In this document: in pieces, positions 55,301-64,000 of the stretch
Layout of the letters: each line of letters opens with the position of its first letter
Position numbering within the stretch: position 1 is the first letter of the stretch
Source: an uncultured virus (IMG/VR IMGVR_UViG_3300027887_000010)
Taxonomy: Duplodnaviria; Heunggongvirae; Uroviricota; Caudoviricetes
Length of the DNA: 64,000 nt
Reading direction: 5' to 3' (one strand)
Virus record (IMG/VR): IMGVR_UViG_3300027887_000010
The notes under the pieces: model-generated
Database searches by the model: none
Told to the model about the DNA's origin: nothing
What the model saw: only the letters and a program-made list of their open reading frames with translations
Made by a program: the position numbers and the translations under genes

Positions 55301-56245
55301 TTAAAGATCGCTTTCGATTCTAAACGTCTGGAATGTAGGAAAGCGTGGTTTATCTTTGATGCCTTTTGGGAAAAATTTGTATTTAATCACTTTACCAATA
55401 ATTTCTCCTTGATTATTAAAATATCGCTTACGATTATTGTGATCCATGTTACCTGGCGAAACTTTAATTTCTTGACCTTCTTCAATTAACAAACGTCCGC
55501 TATGAGCATCTTTGACATCCTGAAGTGCTTTACAAATAAGAGAACCAACCATTCCATCAGGAATTTTGTTTTCTTTATGTGAGCTACGGAACGTTTTACC
55601 AAGTTCATTAATTTGAGCTTCATTAAGGTTTGTTTCACCTTCTTCAACTGACATCACCAAAGCTTCCGATTCTACAAATCGTTTAATGCGAAGTAAGCCC
55701 ATTTCACGAACAGTAGAACGTCCTTGTTTATGTAATCCATCTAGTTTTCGAATACAAGTACCCTCATAACCCATCTCAAGCCACTTATCGTCTTGCTCCA
55801 GCAATTCTTCAAGCGAATTACAGATAACCATTGGAATAAGACGGAGGTGTTGCCAAGCTAGATTATTAGTGTGGTAAAGCTCTCTAATTTTTTCAATAAG
55901 ACAGTTATAACGATCTTGATACCCTAATGAAATTGTTTGAGGCGTAATATAATCAAATAGCCACCAAAGAGTATAAGGCTCACCTTCAATAGTCCCAAGA
56001 GCACTTGAAGTAAGACGACATAAATCTGGATGCGTTTCTGAATTAGCAGCAAGTTCCCCATCTAAACCAATAAGACTAGAATGGCTATAAAATGATGTGG
56101 TGTATTTATTCTTATGCGTTTTAAGACTACGACCAGTCAATTTCCCTAACATATTCAAACCACGAACACCGTCAATTTTTGGTTGTGCTCCGAGTGGAAA
56201 TGCAAGTTTATCTTCAACATAATCCTCTGCAAGCATTGGACGCAT
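55301..56245 (-). CDS. ATP-dependent DNA ligase
   Basis: PKIDGVR, LDGEL, FD, GYEG, PRFP.F..FR. Confidence 0.9.
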   Translation of the reverse strand: MRPMLAEDYVEDKLAFPLGAQPKIDGVRGLNMLGKLTGRSLKTHKNKYTTSFYSHSSLIGLDGELAANSETHPDLCRLTSSALGTIEGEPYTLWWLFDYITPQTISLGYQDRYNCLIEKIRELYHTNNLAWQHLRLIPMVICNSLEELLEQDDKWLEMGYEGTCIRKLDGLHKQGRSTVREMGLLRIKRFVESEALVMSVEEGETNLNEAQINELGKTFRSSHKENKIPDGMVGSLICKALQDVKDAHSGRLLIEEGQEIKVSPGNMDHNNRKRYFNNQGEIIGKVIKYKFFPKGIKDKPRFPTFQTFRIESDL

Positions 56246-56246
56246 A

Positions 56247-56771
56247 TTAAATACCCTTCCATTCGTTCATTGTTTTAGACCCTTTAGATAAATTACAATA
56301 CGGACACAAAAGCTGAACGTTACTATCTATATTTTCACTGCCGCGTGACAATGGATAAATATGATCAATATGCGCGTCTGATTCAAGATTTTTGTTGCAT
56401 CCGTTACAAATACCATTTTGTAAATCAAAAAGTTTTTTCCAAATATCTTTTGATAAAGAACCATAGCTATATTTTCGGCGCTCATGCGCTTTAATTTTTT
56501 GATATGTAAGTTTAAGCTTCCATTTTTCAGGTGTATGGTTTTCTTTCAAATGCCTAGAATTAAAATCATTTAAGTCTCTTGACTTTTTATCTCTTGCTTT
56601 TGCTTCTTTCGGATTACGAAATCGCCACAGTTCTTCTTTTAACGCATGACATTGCAAGCAACCTCTATTACTTACAAGTCGTTCGGATATATGACCTTGC
56701 CAGCAAGCTTTTCCAGTAAAGTATCTAGCAAGACCTTTCAGTATTGCATCTTTTCTGGAAATTAAATTCAA
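56247..56771 (-). CDS. HNH endonuclease
   Basis: C..C....HIDHI.PLSRG..N..N.QLLC..CN..K; N-terminal YFTGK.C..GH. Confidence 0.85.
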   Translation of the reverse strand: MNLISRKDAILKGLARYFTGKACWQGHISERLVSNRGCLQCHALKEELWRFRNPKEAKARDKKSRDLNDFNSRHLKENHTPEKWKLKLTYQKIKAHERRKYSYGSLSKDIWKKLFDLQNGICNGCNKNLESDAHIDHIYPLSRGSENIDSNVQLLCPYCNLSKGSKTMNEWKGI

Positions 56772-57031
56772 AATGAAATCTCCAATTTAGTTCCACACTT
56801 GGGGCAATTAGAAATGACCACATTATCCTCATTACCATCACGGTGGCAAGGACACATGCAATTATTGTCGCCGATGTAATCTACGCCACTTTTATTACCG
56901 CGGAACCGATTAAACAACATTAGCAGAGAACCTGAAAGGTTTGGAAACTCATTAGAAATATGGTTAATGAGTTCTTCGTTACTAAGGTTAAGTGCAGGGA
57001 TTGGAAATGATTCAACTGGAATAAGTGGCAT
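56768..57031 (-). CDS. Hypothetical protein with C-terminal Cys cluster
   Basis: CMCPCH...CPKCG. Confidence 0.6.
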   Translation of the reverse strand: MPLIPVESFPIPALNLSNEELINHISNEFPNLSGSLLMLFNRFRGNKSGVDYIGDNNCMCPCHRDGNEDNVVISNCPKCGTKLEISF

Positions 57032-57032
57032 T

Positions 57033-57905
57033 TTATACCGCCATTTCTGCTTTAATTGGAAGGTGCGAAACGTAATTATCCAAAGATATGTCTTCCGGTT
57101 TGCAAAAAATTAATCTTTTCATTGGGTCGCTAGAACGGTAGAAAAATTCTTCTTCAATACGAAGTTGACAAAGCGGAAGCGTTCTACGCTTCAACTGCTC
57201 TAATACTTGCTCAACATGATTCTGATAAATATGAACGTCAGCTAGAAACATAATAAGCTTTCCAGCCCTCTTACCAGTTGCAGCCGCAATAAGTTCTAGC
57301 AGCAAAGCGTACGACGCAATGTTGAACGGAATACCCAAGAACATATCGCAACTTCTTTGATACATACAGAGAGATACTTCGTTAGCATCTACATCTACAA
57401 GTAGCTGAAATGTCATGTGGCAAGGAGGTAGAGCCATGAAGGAAAGTTCGCCTGGGTTCCAAGCTGTAACAATAATTCGGCGACTCTCGGGATTATGATC
57501 TATCGTACTAATAGCATTAGCTAGTTGATCAATAGGGTAGCTATAACCCATTTCACCAAATGGTCGCCATTTACGCCACTGTACCCCGTAAATTCGTCCT
57601 AGATCATCTTCACCTTTACGTGCAATATTATGAACCCATGCTTTATTTTCATTTGCATTCTGATCCCAGATAGAACATCCTAGATCACGAAATTGTGAAG
57701 CGTTATCATAACCTCTAATAAATCCAAGAAGTTCTGCTTTAACTGCATTAAATGCAAGCTTCTTAGTTGTCACTGCTGGAAAACCTTCTTTAAGGTCAAA
57801 TTCAAGCATAGCTCCAGTTAAACGCTTTGTTGGAATACCTGTCCTATTCTGTTGCCAGGTTCCCTCATTTAAAACTCGTTCAAGAAGGTTAAGATACTGT
57901 TTCAT
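57033..57905 (-). CDS. thyA: Thymidylate synthase
   Basis: RTG, LG.IYG.QWR, SRR, MALPPCH, QRSCD..LG.PFN, HIY.NH. Confidence 0.95.
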   Translation of the reverse strand: MKQYLNLLERVLNEGTWQQNRTGIPTKRLTGAMLEFDLKEGFPAVTTKKLAFNAVKAELLGFIRGYDNASQFRDLGCSIWDQNANENKAWVHNIARKGEDDLGRIYGVQWRKWRPFGEMGYSYPIDQLANAISTIDHNPESRRIIVTAWNPGELSFMALPPCHMTFQLLVDVDANEVSLCMYQRSCDMFLGIPFNIASYALLLELIAAATGKRAGKLIMFLADVHIYQNHVEQVLEQLKRRTLPLCQLRIEEEFFYRSSDPMKRLIFCKPEDISLDNYVSHLPIKAEMAV

Positions 57906-57909
57906 ATTA

Positions 57910-58377
57910 TTAAACCTCAGGAACAGGCGTTTGATCTTTTTTAGCAGAAGCAGGAAGAACAATTTCCAGAGCAGGTGATCCATCTTTGATAATCAAGCAC
58001 TCATCGAAAATTTTAACTTGTTCTTCGCTTAGAAGGCGATATGCTTTTAGGATAAGTTCAGGTTTCCAGCGAATAAGTTGCTGAGGATGAATGCCGTTGG
58101 CAGTCAAACGACTCATATGTGTATTTGGATCTTCCATGACATTAGCTTGCAACGAAGCTTCGTCGATATCGCGATTAATAACCCGCTTGGCTTTAATAAC
58201 CCATCCCCCATCAAGAGGAAGTGTATTTGTACCTTCTACAGGATTTTTAAACAACCCCTTAAAGATTTTTCCACGCAAAAGAATTTCAGCAGCTTTAATG
58301 CGACGAAGTTGATCTTGTAGCCCATACCACTCTTCAAGATCTTTTTGCGTAACAGTATTTTCAGGGATAGCTGTCAT
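57910..58377 (-). CDS. Hypothetical protein
   Basis: RBS ggag; coupled to dut. Confidence 0.7.
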   Translation of the reverse strand: MTAIPENTVTQKDLEEWYGLQDQLRRIKAAEILLRGKIFKGLFKNPVEGTNTLPLDGGWVIKAKRVINRDIDEASLQANVMEDPNTHMSRLTANGIHPQQLIRWKPELILKAYRLLSEEQVKIFDECLIIKDGSPALEIVLPASAKKDQTPVPEV

Positions 58378-58378
58378 T

Positions 58379-58864
58379 TCAATTCTCCATTTTTCCAAAA
58401 AATCTACGGTCTGTACTTCCAAAACCATTAGCCCCACGGCTAGTTTCACTTAGTTCAATGCTTTGGTCAAGTATTAGTTGAATTGATAATTTTGGAGCTG
58501 GTACAAGCAAGCCTTGTACAATTGCATCACCTTCTGAAACTGAAAAATGACCGCAAGAATCCGCAGTTAGTTTTACTTTGATTTCACCACGATAGTCAGA
58601 ATCAATGACACCGACACAATTTGCTAGCCTAGTATCATATTTAAAACCATGACCACTTCTGCTAAATAGTAACAATACCCAATCTTCAGGAACTTCTGGA
58701 ATTAATCCTGTTCTAAAAATGTGACTTTGTTTTGTAAGACCAATCGATCCGTGTTCGATTGCAAAAATATCAAAACAACCAGACCCATTTGTAGCATATC
58801 TTGGTGAATTTAGCTTTTTAGGATCTACGTCTGCACAAGCTTTAAAGCGAAGTATTTTGTTCAT
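58379..58864 (-). CDS. dut: dUTPase (trimeric)
   Basis: G.G.FD, SRSG, GVIDSDYRGEI, RG..GFGST. Confidence 0.9.
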   Translation of the reverse strand: MNKILRFKACADVDPKKLNSPRYATNGSGCFDIFAIEHGSIGLTKQSHIFRTGLIPEVPEDWVLLLFSRSGHGFKYDTRLANCVGVIDSDYRGEIKVKLTADSCGHFSVSEGDAIVQGLLVPAPKLSIQLILDQSIELSETSRGANGFGSTDRRFFGKMEN

Positions 58865-58891
58865 CTTGTACTATCCTTATTTGTATGAAGT

Positions 58892-58919
58892 ATTGTACTG
58901 TAACTGTAAAAAATTGCAA
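58892..58919 (-). promoter_or_regulatory. sigma70-type promoter for dut-thyA
   Basis: Minus strand TTGCAA, 16-bp spacer, TACAAT. Confidence 0.5.
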
Positions 58920-58921
58920 GT

Positions 58922-61243
58922 CTATTGCAAGACTGAAATGTTAATCACCTGATAACATTTTCCATGAAATGCATATTTTGTCAAAAGCTTATCTTTTGGA
59001 ACTTCTACTAAATATCCACCATCAACTAAGCTCTTCAATGTATGGTCGATTGCCATGCTAGATCCAAACCTGTGGTTAGAAAATGCAGGATGCTTACCTA
59101 ATTTGACAGTAAATACTTTTCTTGGAACAATTGCATCAACTGTCATAATTCTGGATACATTGAACATAGGCGCAAAACCGTTTGTCAATACTTCTTTGCA
59201 GATAGATAATACTTTCTTTTCTCTACTATTGTCATCAATACCAATATCACCTTCTATTATTTTTTTACTCATCATTTTAATGTCACGATGAATAATATCA
59301 ATTGCCCAAGTTACATGGTGTGTTTGTATAACTGGATGTAAAAAATTATCAGCTACTGCCAATAGAGCAGAAATTCTTGTGACCTTTAACGCAGCTCGGT
59401 TCCACATCTGACGAAAACCTTCGTCTTCTGTAGAATTAATATTTCTATCACATTCCAAATCAAAGTTATAAAGAATTTGCCCAGCTTCTTGAGAACGAGC
59501 AACTTCTTGCCTTGCATTTCTATGCAACAAAGTAAGAGCATGATGTGCTAGTTGTGCTAATCCATCTGCAAGAGCTTGATCGGGTTCTTTTAGTGCATTG
59601 TAATTATGAGGAGGTCTATCCCCTTTATATTCGACAATTGTAAAACGTGATAAGAACCCATCTTCCATCATGGATTCTGTTAGTGATTCATATAATGTAT
59701 TTGGAGTTGTTTCTCCAATCATACTATATGATACACCAGAAACTGATTGTATATTTTGCTCTTTATTAGAATAGGTAATACCTCCAACAATAGAAGCTGG
59801 ACCGGATTTTTGATAAAGGTTAGTCATCACTGTCCGCAATTGCTGCATCGGACCTTCGTTTCTATCTTCTTTAGCCAACCGACGAAGCTTTCGACCCCAT
59901 TCACCGGCAACATTAACAAAGCAAGGATTGTTTGCAACAGCTTTGGTCAGAGCAGGTCCAGATGCAAAATCAGTAAAATCTACAAAGTTCATTGCTTGTG
60001 GTATTCTAGAACGCAACGACTCCATAAGACTGGCAATACCACTATGCATTGCTTCTTTTCCAATTGCAGACCTAGCAACAAGAATAATATATAAGTTCAG
60101 ACCAGATCCAGGAATACTAAAAGGCTTACCACATATTCCGGATAACAAACCTATTGCAGCAACAATCGCAACTTCTTTTACAGGTCGCGGAGCTGATTTA
60201 TATATGTAGCTTGCAATCTGTCCTGCAAAGCCTGGAGGCCATGCAATACCATTACCCTCTACTTGTGGTAAAGGGGCCATTGTTGCAACTTTCACAGACG
60301 TCGGTTGTTCAATTACTTCTTTTGACTCAGCTTGCATTTGTCTTACAAGCTCTTGCCCAAGATTTTGCGAACTTTCTAATTCAAGGTCTTCCCTAGCTTG
60401 TCTAGAACGAATTCGACTGAGTGTATAGTTCAAATATCGATCATTTTTAACCGCTTTGTCACGCTGCCCCAATGCAGATTTTCTAAACAAGCGACGACAT
60501 TGTTCGTTAGATTTGCTGTAAAAGCAAAACATAGACATTAGTGACAAATCTGCTTCTGATTGGGATGGATATCCCAAATCTTGCCACCTACCTTCTACTA
60601 GCGGTATAAACTTATCATTATTAGCAGCAGTAGAAGCCCTCTCCCATACAGTTTCGTCTGATTCAGTTTCTTCTGTTTCTACAAGTAACTCGGTATTATT
60701 GGATTCATGAGCAGACATTTCTGCAACAAGAATTTCCAAAAGCTTTTGGTTCTCTCTAATTTCTTTATTTATAACAACGTCACCAGTACATATGATAAAA
60801 CGTTGCTTTGAATAAACTTCTACACCATCCCGACGATAACCTTTTCCAATGTTGCCACGAACCCAAATATGAAGTCCCTTGCCGGAACGAGAGCGTTCAG
60901 TATAGCTGTCAAAAGCTTGGACAATTGCCCAAAACCTGTTAAATTGTTCTTGACTCGTCCATTTAGTTGGATCTTGTTCGTTATCCTTGTCTTTAACGTC
61001 TAGATCTATGCAGGTATAAGAATCGTTTTCAGCCAATACATAACCAATCCCTCCATTAACTTGTTGAGCAACTTCTAATGCAGTTTCAAAATCTAACCAT
61101 TGTTTTGGATTAGTTACATCTGCATTAAAAAGGCCGTTTTGACCTACCGAATAAGGCGCCTTATCGGGCCCGGCAATGCACCATTGCGTGACCCATTTAA
61201 GTTCTTCAGGTAGGTTCTCAAGGAAACCTACCTTATCTAACAT
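58922..61243 (-). CDS. Primase-polymerase with C-terminal helicase-like (DUF3987-like) domain
   Basis: CIDLD, E.S.SG.GLH.W, E.Y...RF...TG, S.SEAD; C-terminal DGFLSRF. Confidence 0.8.
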   Translation of the reverse strand: MLDKVGFLENLPEELKWVTQWCIAGPDKAPYSVGQNGLFNADVTNPKQWLDFETALEVAQQVNGGIGYVLAENDSYTCIDLDVKDKDNEQDPTKWTSQEQFNRFWAIVQAFDSYTERSRSGKGLHIWVRGNIGKGYRRDGVEVYSKQRFIICTGDVVINKEIRENQKLLEILVAEMSAHESNNTELLVETEETESDETVWERASTAANNDKFIPLVEGRWQDLGYPSQSEADLSLMSMFCFYSKSNEQCRRLFRKSALGQRDKAVKNDRYLNYTLSRIRSRQAREDLELESSQNLGQELVRQMQAESKEVIEQPTSVKVATMAPLPQVEGNGIAWPPGFAGQIASYIYKSAPRPVKEVAIVAAIGLLSGICGKPFSIPGSGLNLYIILVARSAIGKEAMHSGIASLMESLRSRIPQAMNFVDFTDFASGPALTKAVANNPCFVNVAGEWGRKLRRLAKEDRNEGPMQQLRTVMTNLYQKSGPASIVGGITYSNKEQNIQSVSGVSYSMIGETTPNTLYESLTESMMEDGFLSRFTIVEYKGDRPPHNYNALKEPDQALADGLAQLAHHALTLLHRNARQEVARSQEAGQILYNFDLECDRNINSTEDEGFRQMWNRAALKVTRISALLAVADNFLHPVIQTHHVTWAIDIIHRDIKMMSKKIIEGDIGIDDNSREKKVLSICKEVLTNGFAPMFNVSRIMTVDAIVPRKVFTVKLGKHPAFSNHRFGSSMAIDHTLKSLVDGGYLVEVPKDKLLTKYAFHGKCYQVINISVLQ

Positions 61244-61472
61244 GCGTAATAGCTCTCTTTACTTGAAGAATTGTTTTCCAAGCTTCGACGTATGGTAAAA
61301 CTTTATCACGTTCAAATACTGTCATCTGACCGCCATTGATTTTAATTGGATTCGGTAAAAGACCACGACTTACCGCATTGCATAGAGCAGCTCTTGTAAT
61401 ATCAAGTTCTTTCACAATTTCTGTACTTGTGACATACTCTCTATCAAATTTTTCTTGTGCTGAATTATCCAT
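61233..61472 (-). CDS. AlpA/Xis-like DNA-binding protein
   Basis: EI...L.ITRA.L......G.LP.PI; RBS gaggt. Confidence 0.6.
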   Translation of the reverse strand: MDNSAQEKFDREYVTSTEIVKELDITRAALCNAVSRGLLPNPIKINGGQMTVFERDKVLPYVEAWKTILQVKRAITHVR

Positions 61473-61534
61473 ATTTACCTCGTACCTGTAAGCAATGCAG
61501 TATATATTTATCCGGTAAGTTATCGCAACAACTG

Positions 61535-61846
61535 TTAAGCTTCGTTTAAATTGAATCTCCAAAGATTTACAAGACGTCCAGTTCTGTTATCTTTAAAAGA
61601 AGATATAATATCCCAACCGGATTTTATTAAAATTTTAGTTTGACCTATATTATCCGATTGAACTGTACAAAGCGCCATTGTAAAGTGCATCAACTTAAGT
61701 TGCTGGCATTGATGTTCTTTTAATTTATAACCACGACCTTGACTTCTACAATCGGGCAATACGGTAAAGTCGCTGCAAATTGCAATATTAGGCTGTGAAG
61801 GCATTGGCGTTATTGTATAAAAACCGTCTGTAGTTGATATTCGCAT
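61535..61846 (-). CDS. GNAT-like acetyltransferase
   Basis: V.P..R.QG.G acetyl-CoA motif; TV..DN....IL.K.GW. Confidence 0.6.
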   Translation of the reverse strand: MRISTTDGFYTITPMPSQPNIAICSDFTVLPDCRSQGRGYKLKEHQCQQLKLMHFTMALCTVQSDNIGQTKILIKSGWDIISSFKDNRTGRLVNLWRFNLNEA

Positions 61847-61918
61847 TGTTATCCTAACGTATGTCCCGGATTCATGTGGTTATGAAAACAATTCATACAA
61901 TGATTCGTTTTAGCATTT

Positions 61919-62128
61919 TTAGATTCCTTCAATGATATTTTGAGCAGCAAGAAGACTTGCTATAGAATGGCTGTTATTATCGCAAATGTAGGCATTTCTT
62001 AATTTTTCAAACCTAACAGCAGCTTCACCTTTAAGTGTATAATTCGGACCACGATTCATTTTAATTTGAACAATTCCGGATTTAGAATTTGTCCTTATTT
62101 CAGCAATTTTTAATTTGCTCATAATCAT
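61919..62128 (-). CDS. Hypothetical protein
   Basis: Overlap with the upstream ORF. Confidence 0.55.
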   Translation of the reverse strand: MIMSKLKIAEIRTNSKSGIVQIKMNRGPNYTLKGEAAVRFEKLRNAYICDNNSHSIASLLAAQNIIEGI

Positions 62129-62418
62129 GTCTCAATTCCATTGATAAAACCACGGGCCTTCTTACCATTAAAGACAACTGCCCAATGTTCCCAATCCTTC
62201 TTATCGTCAGTGCTAATCCAGTAATCCATATACATCCCCGCCTCCCCAATGTTGGCTGAAATTGTACAGGATAAATAGACACCTTTTCCGGTAAAAAGGT
62301 TCTTGATCGCTGCCCAAAGGATGCTGAGGCGACGATGAATGCGCCACTTGGGGGCTACAGTGGCAAAGTCCTTCTTGACTCCTTTTGTAATTCTAATCTC
62401 ATCCATATACCCATTCAT
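62125..62418 (-). CDS. Small protein with LamG-like fragments
   Basis: NGYMDEIRITKGV; WEHWAVVFNG...FING. Confidence 0.6.
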   Translation of the reverse strand: MNGYMDEIRITKGVKKDFATVAPKWRIHRRLSILWAAIKNLFTGKGVYLSCTISANIGEAGMYMDYWISTDDKKDWEHWAVVFNGKKARGFINGIET

Positions 62419-62421
62419 TGC

Positions 62422-62968
62422 TCATCCTTTCACTAGATCGGCGCGGGTGTAGTGCGCCTCGGTTAGTTTGTCATCAACATACACCTTGCTGAAGCAAAAT
62501 AGCACTTCATCAATGTACTCGTCCCCATAAGTTCTAAGGGTCTTGCCTTGACGGCACAGAGCTACACTGTGCCACTCACCATCTGCTGGGCTAAGTTCTC
62601 CAATGTTGTAGCTAAACTGTGCATCCTTTGCTACATACTCAGCAACAGGAACAATAAACTCAATAGTCCAGTCTTTATTGCCGAGTGTTGTTTCATCAGG
62701 TGTAGGGATTGGAATCGCTTCACCTTCTCCTGTAAATATAGGTTTGTCTCTTTTCCGTATTTCATCAGCGCAATCGTAACATTGCCCCCCCCCCAATGTT
62801 TCCAAGAGTATCGTCAGCCATTGAGATACATAAAAGAGCGCAAGCTTCTCGTTCCTGGTTAATTACCTCTTTTGTAAATGCAGATAGTTCTACCCATCTT
62901 CCGCATTCATCTATAGCGCATCCAATACCTGTTTTAAAGGCAAGAGTTTCAATTTCTTTTGGTGTCAT
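62422..62968 (-). pseudogene. Gene interrupted at a G10 tract (EREACA motif plus LamG-like fragment)
   Basis: G9 would fuse 62765-62968 and 62422-62805 into one ORF reading EREACA..C...C.DCADEIRKR. Confidence 0.6.
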
Positions 62969-63273
62969 TTTAATACCTCTTCAATAATCCTGATGTTGTC
63001 GCAGCAAGCACTACGGATAAAGAAATAGTTGCTTCCACCAAGAGGTGCGCCTGCTGCATAGATAAGGTCATTAACACTTTTCCAATCCGCAAGGCTCTTC
63101 TTTAGCAAGTCATCTTTATCCATAACTTGCTTCTCAAGGTCTTTAACATAACTCTTCTCCCTACGAGCCAACTCGGTCACAGTGTCCCCATATTGATGAA
63201 CCCCTTCATGACCAGCATCCAGGATGCAGCCAGACGGACCTGCAAAGCCCCTACTCCCGCAGATCGGCTTCAT
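62965..63273 (-). CDS. Hypothetical early protein
   Basis: C.S....C.L..GH.G.H motif; ATGA overlaps. Confidence 0.6.
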   Translation of the reverse strand: MKPICGSRGFAGPSGCILDAGHEGVHQYGDTVTELARREKSYVKDLEKQVMDKDDLLKKSLADWKSVNDLIYAAGAPLGGSNYFFIRSACCDNIRIIEEVLK

Positions 63274-63752
63274 ATTTTCAACTCCTTCGCTTTGTAGAGC
63301 GGAACTAGCGACGGTGCGATCTTGTGAGTTGCAACTTGAAACCCTTGTTTGCTAAATGCCGTGAAGTATTCTTGACTTATCCAAGCAACAGGCTCCGCAT
63401 CACAGAGAATGAAGTCTTTTAAGTCGGAGATGGAGGCGAGTTCTGCCTGTATGTTGGCCTTATCATCAGGGTGAAGGTTATCATCTTTGAGTTGAGCCTC
63501 AAACCACTGGCGCATCATAACGACCTGCTTCTCGCGCCTGGCGAGTTGTTGTTTGGCCTGTGCTTCATAGGCAATCTGATGTGCATTAAGTGCGGCGAGT
63601 TGCTGCTCAAGTTCTGAAATGCGTTTTGCTGCAACAGACTCAGCAATATTCAGCATCGTATGATTAGACATTGCAAACTCAGAAGACAATTTTGCGGCAC
63701 CGTGTTCAACAATCGCACGATTGAGTTCGCGCTTTTTCTTTGCCGCGCTCAT
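63270..63752 (-). CDS. Hypothetical early protein
   Basis: ELEQQLAA coiled coil, EPVAW...PLY motifs. Confidence 0.6.
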   Translation of the reverse strand: MSAAKKKRELNRAIVEHGAAKLSSEFAMSNHTMLNIAESVAAKRISELEQQLAALNAHQIAYEAQAKQQLARREKQVVMMRQWFEAQLKDDNLHPDDKANIQAELASISDLKDFILCDAEPVAWISQEYFTAFSKQGFQVATHKIAPSLVPLYKAKELKI

Positions 63753-63754
63753 TT

Positions 63755-63979
63755 CTACATGTCCTTGTCGATTGCTGCTTGATGCGCCGCCCAATTTGCT
63801 ACCTGCTCTGGGGTCATCTCGTCGGGGCAATATTCCAGCATCAAGGCATCAATCTTGGCCTGATTGGCTGCGAGTTGCTGCTCCAGTTCTATGATCAAAT
63901 CTATCGCCGTGTCCAAAATCGGAGTCCCGAACGGGCAATTTAGAACAAGCTGGTTGAATACTTGTTGTCTGGTAGTCAT
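63755..63979 (-). CDS. Hypothetical early protein
   Basis: ELEQQLAA, LMLEYCPDEMT.EQ; RBS gagga. Confidence 0.6.
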   Translation of the reverse strand: MTTRQQVFNQLVLNCPFGTPILDTAIDLIIELEQQLAANQAKIDALMLEYCPDEMTPEQVANWAAHQAAIDKDM

Positions 63980-64000
63980 GTCTTCCTCGCTTTGTAGAGT

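Noticed and set aside
61233..61472. Excisionase implying a temperate lifestyle
   Set aside because: No integrase, repressor or att site was recognised in the window, and AlpA-like genes also occur beside primases.

Overview
The window looks like most of the genome of an AT-rich tailed dsDNA phage (siphovirus-type), with no integrase visible. It has two convergent halves. The + strand (about 1.2-39.4 kb) carries an RNA/tRNA region, terminase (TerL with an intein), head genes, an accessory virion module, lysis genes, tail genes and LamG-repeat fibre genes. The - strand (about 39.5-64 kb) carries family-B DNA polymerase, clamp, a 7-deazaguanine DNA-modification cluster (dpdA, PRTase-folE fusion, queD, queC, queE), helicase, Cas4-like nuclease, dcd, ligase, thyA, dut, primase-polymerase and small early genes. 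This layout resembles Queuovirinae-like phages (inference). The most unusual signals: (1) two independent cassettes, each an intact tRNA plus an HNH endonuclease, sitting between the 5' and 3' remnants of a destroyed tRNA gene, which suggests a homing element that supplies its own replacement tRNA; (2) a promoter-driven, multi-pseudoknotted non-coding RNA of about 500-700 nt and a second tRNA-like RNA with a kissing loop; (3) a non-coding left end with two LexA-type boxes and two arrays of 15-bp motifs; (4) LamG modules that are nested, circularly permuted, or split across early genes, one of which is interrupted at a G10 tract; (5) a Gpt-like PRTase fused to FolE and a QueC lacking its zinc-binding cysteines. 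All calls come from visual motif recognition; no searches were run. Several start codons were adjusted from the ORF track using RBS position and gene overlaps.
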